Shown: positions 61,300-64,000 of the stretch, piece after piece
How positions within the stretch are numbered: position 1 is the stretch's first letter
Layout: each line of letters opens with the position of its first letter
From: Mobula birostris
Taxonomy: Eukaryota
Length of the DNA: 64,000 nt
Assembly (NCBI RefSeq): GCF_030028105.1
Contig: NC_092371.1
Span: forward strand, 96,065,064-96,129,063
Direction of reading: 5' to 3'
Position numbers and translations under genes: made by a program
Notes under the pieces: model-generated
What the model was told of the DNA's origin: nothing
The model's database searches: none
What the model saw: only the letters and a program-made list of their open reading frames with translations

Positions 61300-64000
61300 C
61301 CGCCATGTTCTCCATCTTCCATCGTTCGGATCATTGATATAGATGACAAACAACAACGGACATAACAAACATCCTTGAGGTACACTACAGGTCACAGGCC
61401 TCCATTCAGAGAGGCGAAAATCTACTATCACCCTCTGGCTGTTACAACGAAGCGAATGTCTAATCCAGATTATCACATTATAGTGAATGCCAAACTACTT
61501 AACTTTCATGACAACCTCCCATAAGGAGCCCAGTCGTCGGCTTTGCTGTAGTGTACGTTGGCAATATCCACTGCCTTTCCTTCATCAACCTTCTTGATAA
61601 CATTCTGAAAATAAAACTCTATAAGATTAGTTAGACATGATCAACCACGCAAAAATCCATGTTGACTATTCCTAATTAGTCTCTGGTTTTCTCCAAACGC
61701 CTTTATATCTGATCTCTTAGAATTGCTGACGATAACCTACCCTTTCTATCGTCAGGCTCATCGGCCTAAAACTGCTAATCCTATTCTTGGAGCGTTTCTT
61801 GAACAACGGAACAATATTATTTACCCTCCCATCCTCCGGCCCCTCATCTGAGGCCAAGGACCTTTTAAATATATGTTTGCTAAGTCCCCTGCAATTTTTA
61901 CACTAGCCTCCGATATCACTTTTTCAGCCCCTGGGGAAATGGCCATCCTAAGCTGCCTCAAAACAGTAAGCACTTCCTCCTCTTACGTCCATGAACACAC
62001 TGCTGTTCTGCCTTGCTCTGTGTCCGTCTACCGAGTAAATACAGATACTAAAAAATCCTTTTGTGATCTCCCCAAGCTCTTTCGGCTTCATGGCCACTCT
62101 GATCGGAAACAGCACCAATTAGTCATTTGTTATCCTTTTACTCGTAATATACATAGAAACCCTACAACACAATACTGGCCCTTGGGTTCACAGAGTTGTG
62201 CCGAACAAGCCCCTACCTTGGAAATTACAGGGCTTACCTATAAGCTCCATTTACCTCTCTAAAAGTCTCTTAAAAGCCCCTATCATACCCGCCTCCACCA
62301 CCATTGCCGGCAGCCCATTCCACGCACTCAGCACTCTCTGAGTAAAAAACTTACCCCAGACATCTCCTCTACCCAGCACCTACTCCCCAGCACCTGAAAC
62401 CTGTGTCCTCTTGTGGCAACCATTTCAGCTCTGGGAAAATGCCTCTGAGTATCCACACGATCAATGCCACTCATTATCTTATACACCTCCATCAGATCGT
62501 CTCTCATCCTCCGTCGCTCCAAGGAGAAAGGGCCGAGTTCACTCAACCTATTCTGATAAGGTGAGCTCCTCAATCCAGGCAACTACCTTGTAAATCTCCT
62601 CTGTGCCTTTTCTATGGCTTTCACATCCTTCCTGTAGTGAGGAGACCAGAAGTGAGCACAGTCCTCCAAGTGGGGTCTGACCAGGGTCTATATAGCTGCA
62701 ACATTACCTCACGGCTCCTAAATTCAATTCCACGATTGATGAATGTCAATATACCGTACGCCTTCTTAACAACAGAGTCAACCTGCGCAGCTGCTTTGAG
62801 CGTCCTATGGACTCGGACCCCAAGATCCCTCTGATTCTCCACACTGCCAAGCGTCTTACCATTAATACTATATTCTGCCATCATATTTGACCTGCCAAAA
62901 TGAACCATTTCACATTTATCAGGGTTGAACTCCATCTGCCACTTCTCAGCCCAGTTTTGCATCCTATCAATGTCCCGCTGCAACTTCTGACAGCGCTCCA
63001 CACTATCCACAACACCTCCAACCTTGTGTCATCAGCAGTCTTACTAACCCATCCCTCCACTTTCTCATCCAGGTCATTTATAAAAATCACGAACAGTCAG
63101 GGTCCCAGAACAGATCCCCGAGGCACTCCACTGGTGACCGACGTCCATGCAGAATATGACCGGTCTAACAGCACTCTTTGCCTTTTGTGTGCAAGTTAGT
63201 TCTGGATCCACAAATCAATGTCTCCTTGGATCCCATGCCTCCTTACTTTCTCAATAAGCCTGGCATGGCGTACCTTATCAAATGCCTTTCTGAAATCCAT
63301 ATATACTACATCTACTACTCTTCCTTCATCAATGTGTTTAGTCACATCCTCAAAAAATTCAATCAGGCTCGTAAGGCACGACCTGCCCTTGACAAAGCCA
63401 TGCTGTCTACTTCTAATCATATTATACCTGTCCAAATGTTCATAAATCCTGCCTCTCAGGATCTACTCCATCAACTTATCAACCACTGTGGTGAAGCTCA
63501 CCGGTCTATAATTTCCTGGGCTATCTCTACTCCCTTTCTTGAATAACGGAACAACATCTGCAACCCTCCAATCCGGCAGAACCTCCCCCGTCCCCATTGC
63601 TGAAGCAAAGACCATCGCCAGAGGCTCAGCAATCTCCTCCCTCGCTCCCACAGTAGCCTGGAATACATCTCATCCGGTCCCGGCTACCTATCCAACTTGA
63701 TGCGTTCCAAAGCTCCAACACATCTTCTTGATGCTTTCCAAAAGCTCCAGCACATCCTTTTTCTTAATGTCTACATGTTGAAGCTTTTCGGTCTGCTGCA
63801 AATCATCACTACAATCACCAAGATCCTTTCTCATAGATAATACTGAAGTAAAGTACCTCTGCTATTTTCTCCAGTTCCATACACACTTTACCACTGTCAC
63901 ACTTGATTGGTCCTATTCTTTCACATCTTATCCTCTTGCTCTTCACATACTTGTAGAATGCCTTGGAGTTTTCCTTAATCCTGCCTGCCAAGGCCTTCTC
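61300..64000 (-). mobile_element. Stacked CR1 fragments (older 61300-62130; younger 62150 to window end)
   Basis: RT motifs LFVIYIND, YMDFRKAFD and NYRPVS; CATAGAAACCCTAC tail at about 62150. Confidence 0.9.

Noticed and set aside
2478-64000. Apparent minus-strand bias of one CR1 subfamily
   Set aside because: Other CR1 copies are on the plus strand and the counts are too small to be meaningful.

Overview
Eukaryotic genomic DNA, inferred to be from a cartilaginous fish (probably a ray or skate), covering part of an immunoglobulin light-chain multicluster locus. Over half of the window, by my approximate coordinates, is decayed transposable elements: CR1, Rex1/Babar-like, Penelope-like, RTE-derived, Tc1, solo LTRs and tRNA-derived SINEs. 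Host content has three parts. (1) One apparently intact + strand cluster: leader 13924-13972, germline-joined VJ 14108-14452, C 20424-20746, with an octamer promoter and polyA signal. (2) A paralogous + strand cluster (leader 57456-57504, joined VJ 57629-57975, C from 60975) with frameshifts in both V and C. (3) Between them, two inverted orphan C pseudo-exons of a visibly different light-chain class (41197-41510 and 48640-48958), carried on a tandemly repeated unit of which a third partial copy starts near 29 kb. The 11-residue CDR2 and the C sequence suggest the sigma-cart/type I (NS5-like) isotype for the + strand clusters; this is recalled family knowledge, not a database search. The most interesting signals are: a CDR2 held invariant at protein level despite silent divergence; different pre-joined CDR3s; a second isotype's C exons interleaved in the opposite orientation; and minimal hammerhead ribozyme motifs in Penelope-derived repeats, including a hairpin whose two arms share the same inactivating mutation. 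Most ORFs in the supplied track are TE fragments or antisense shadows, not genes. All alignments were done by eye, and TE boundaries are approximate unless a TSD is quoted.
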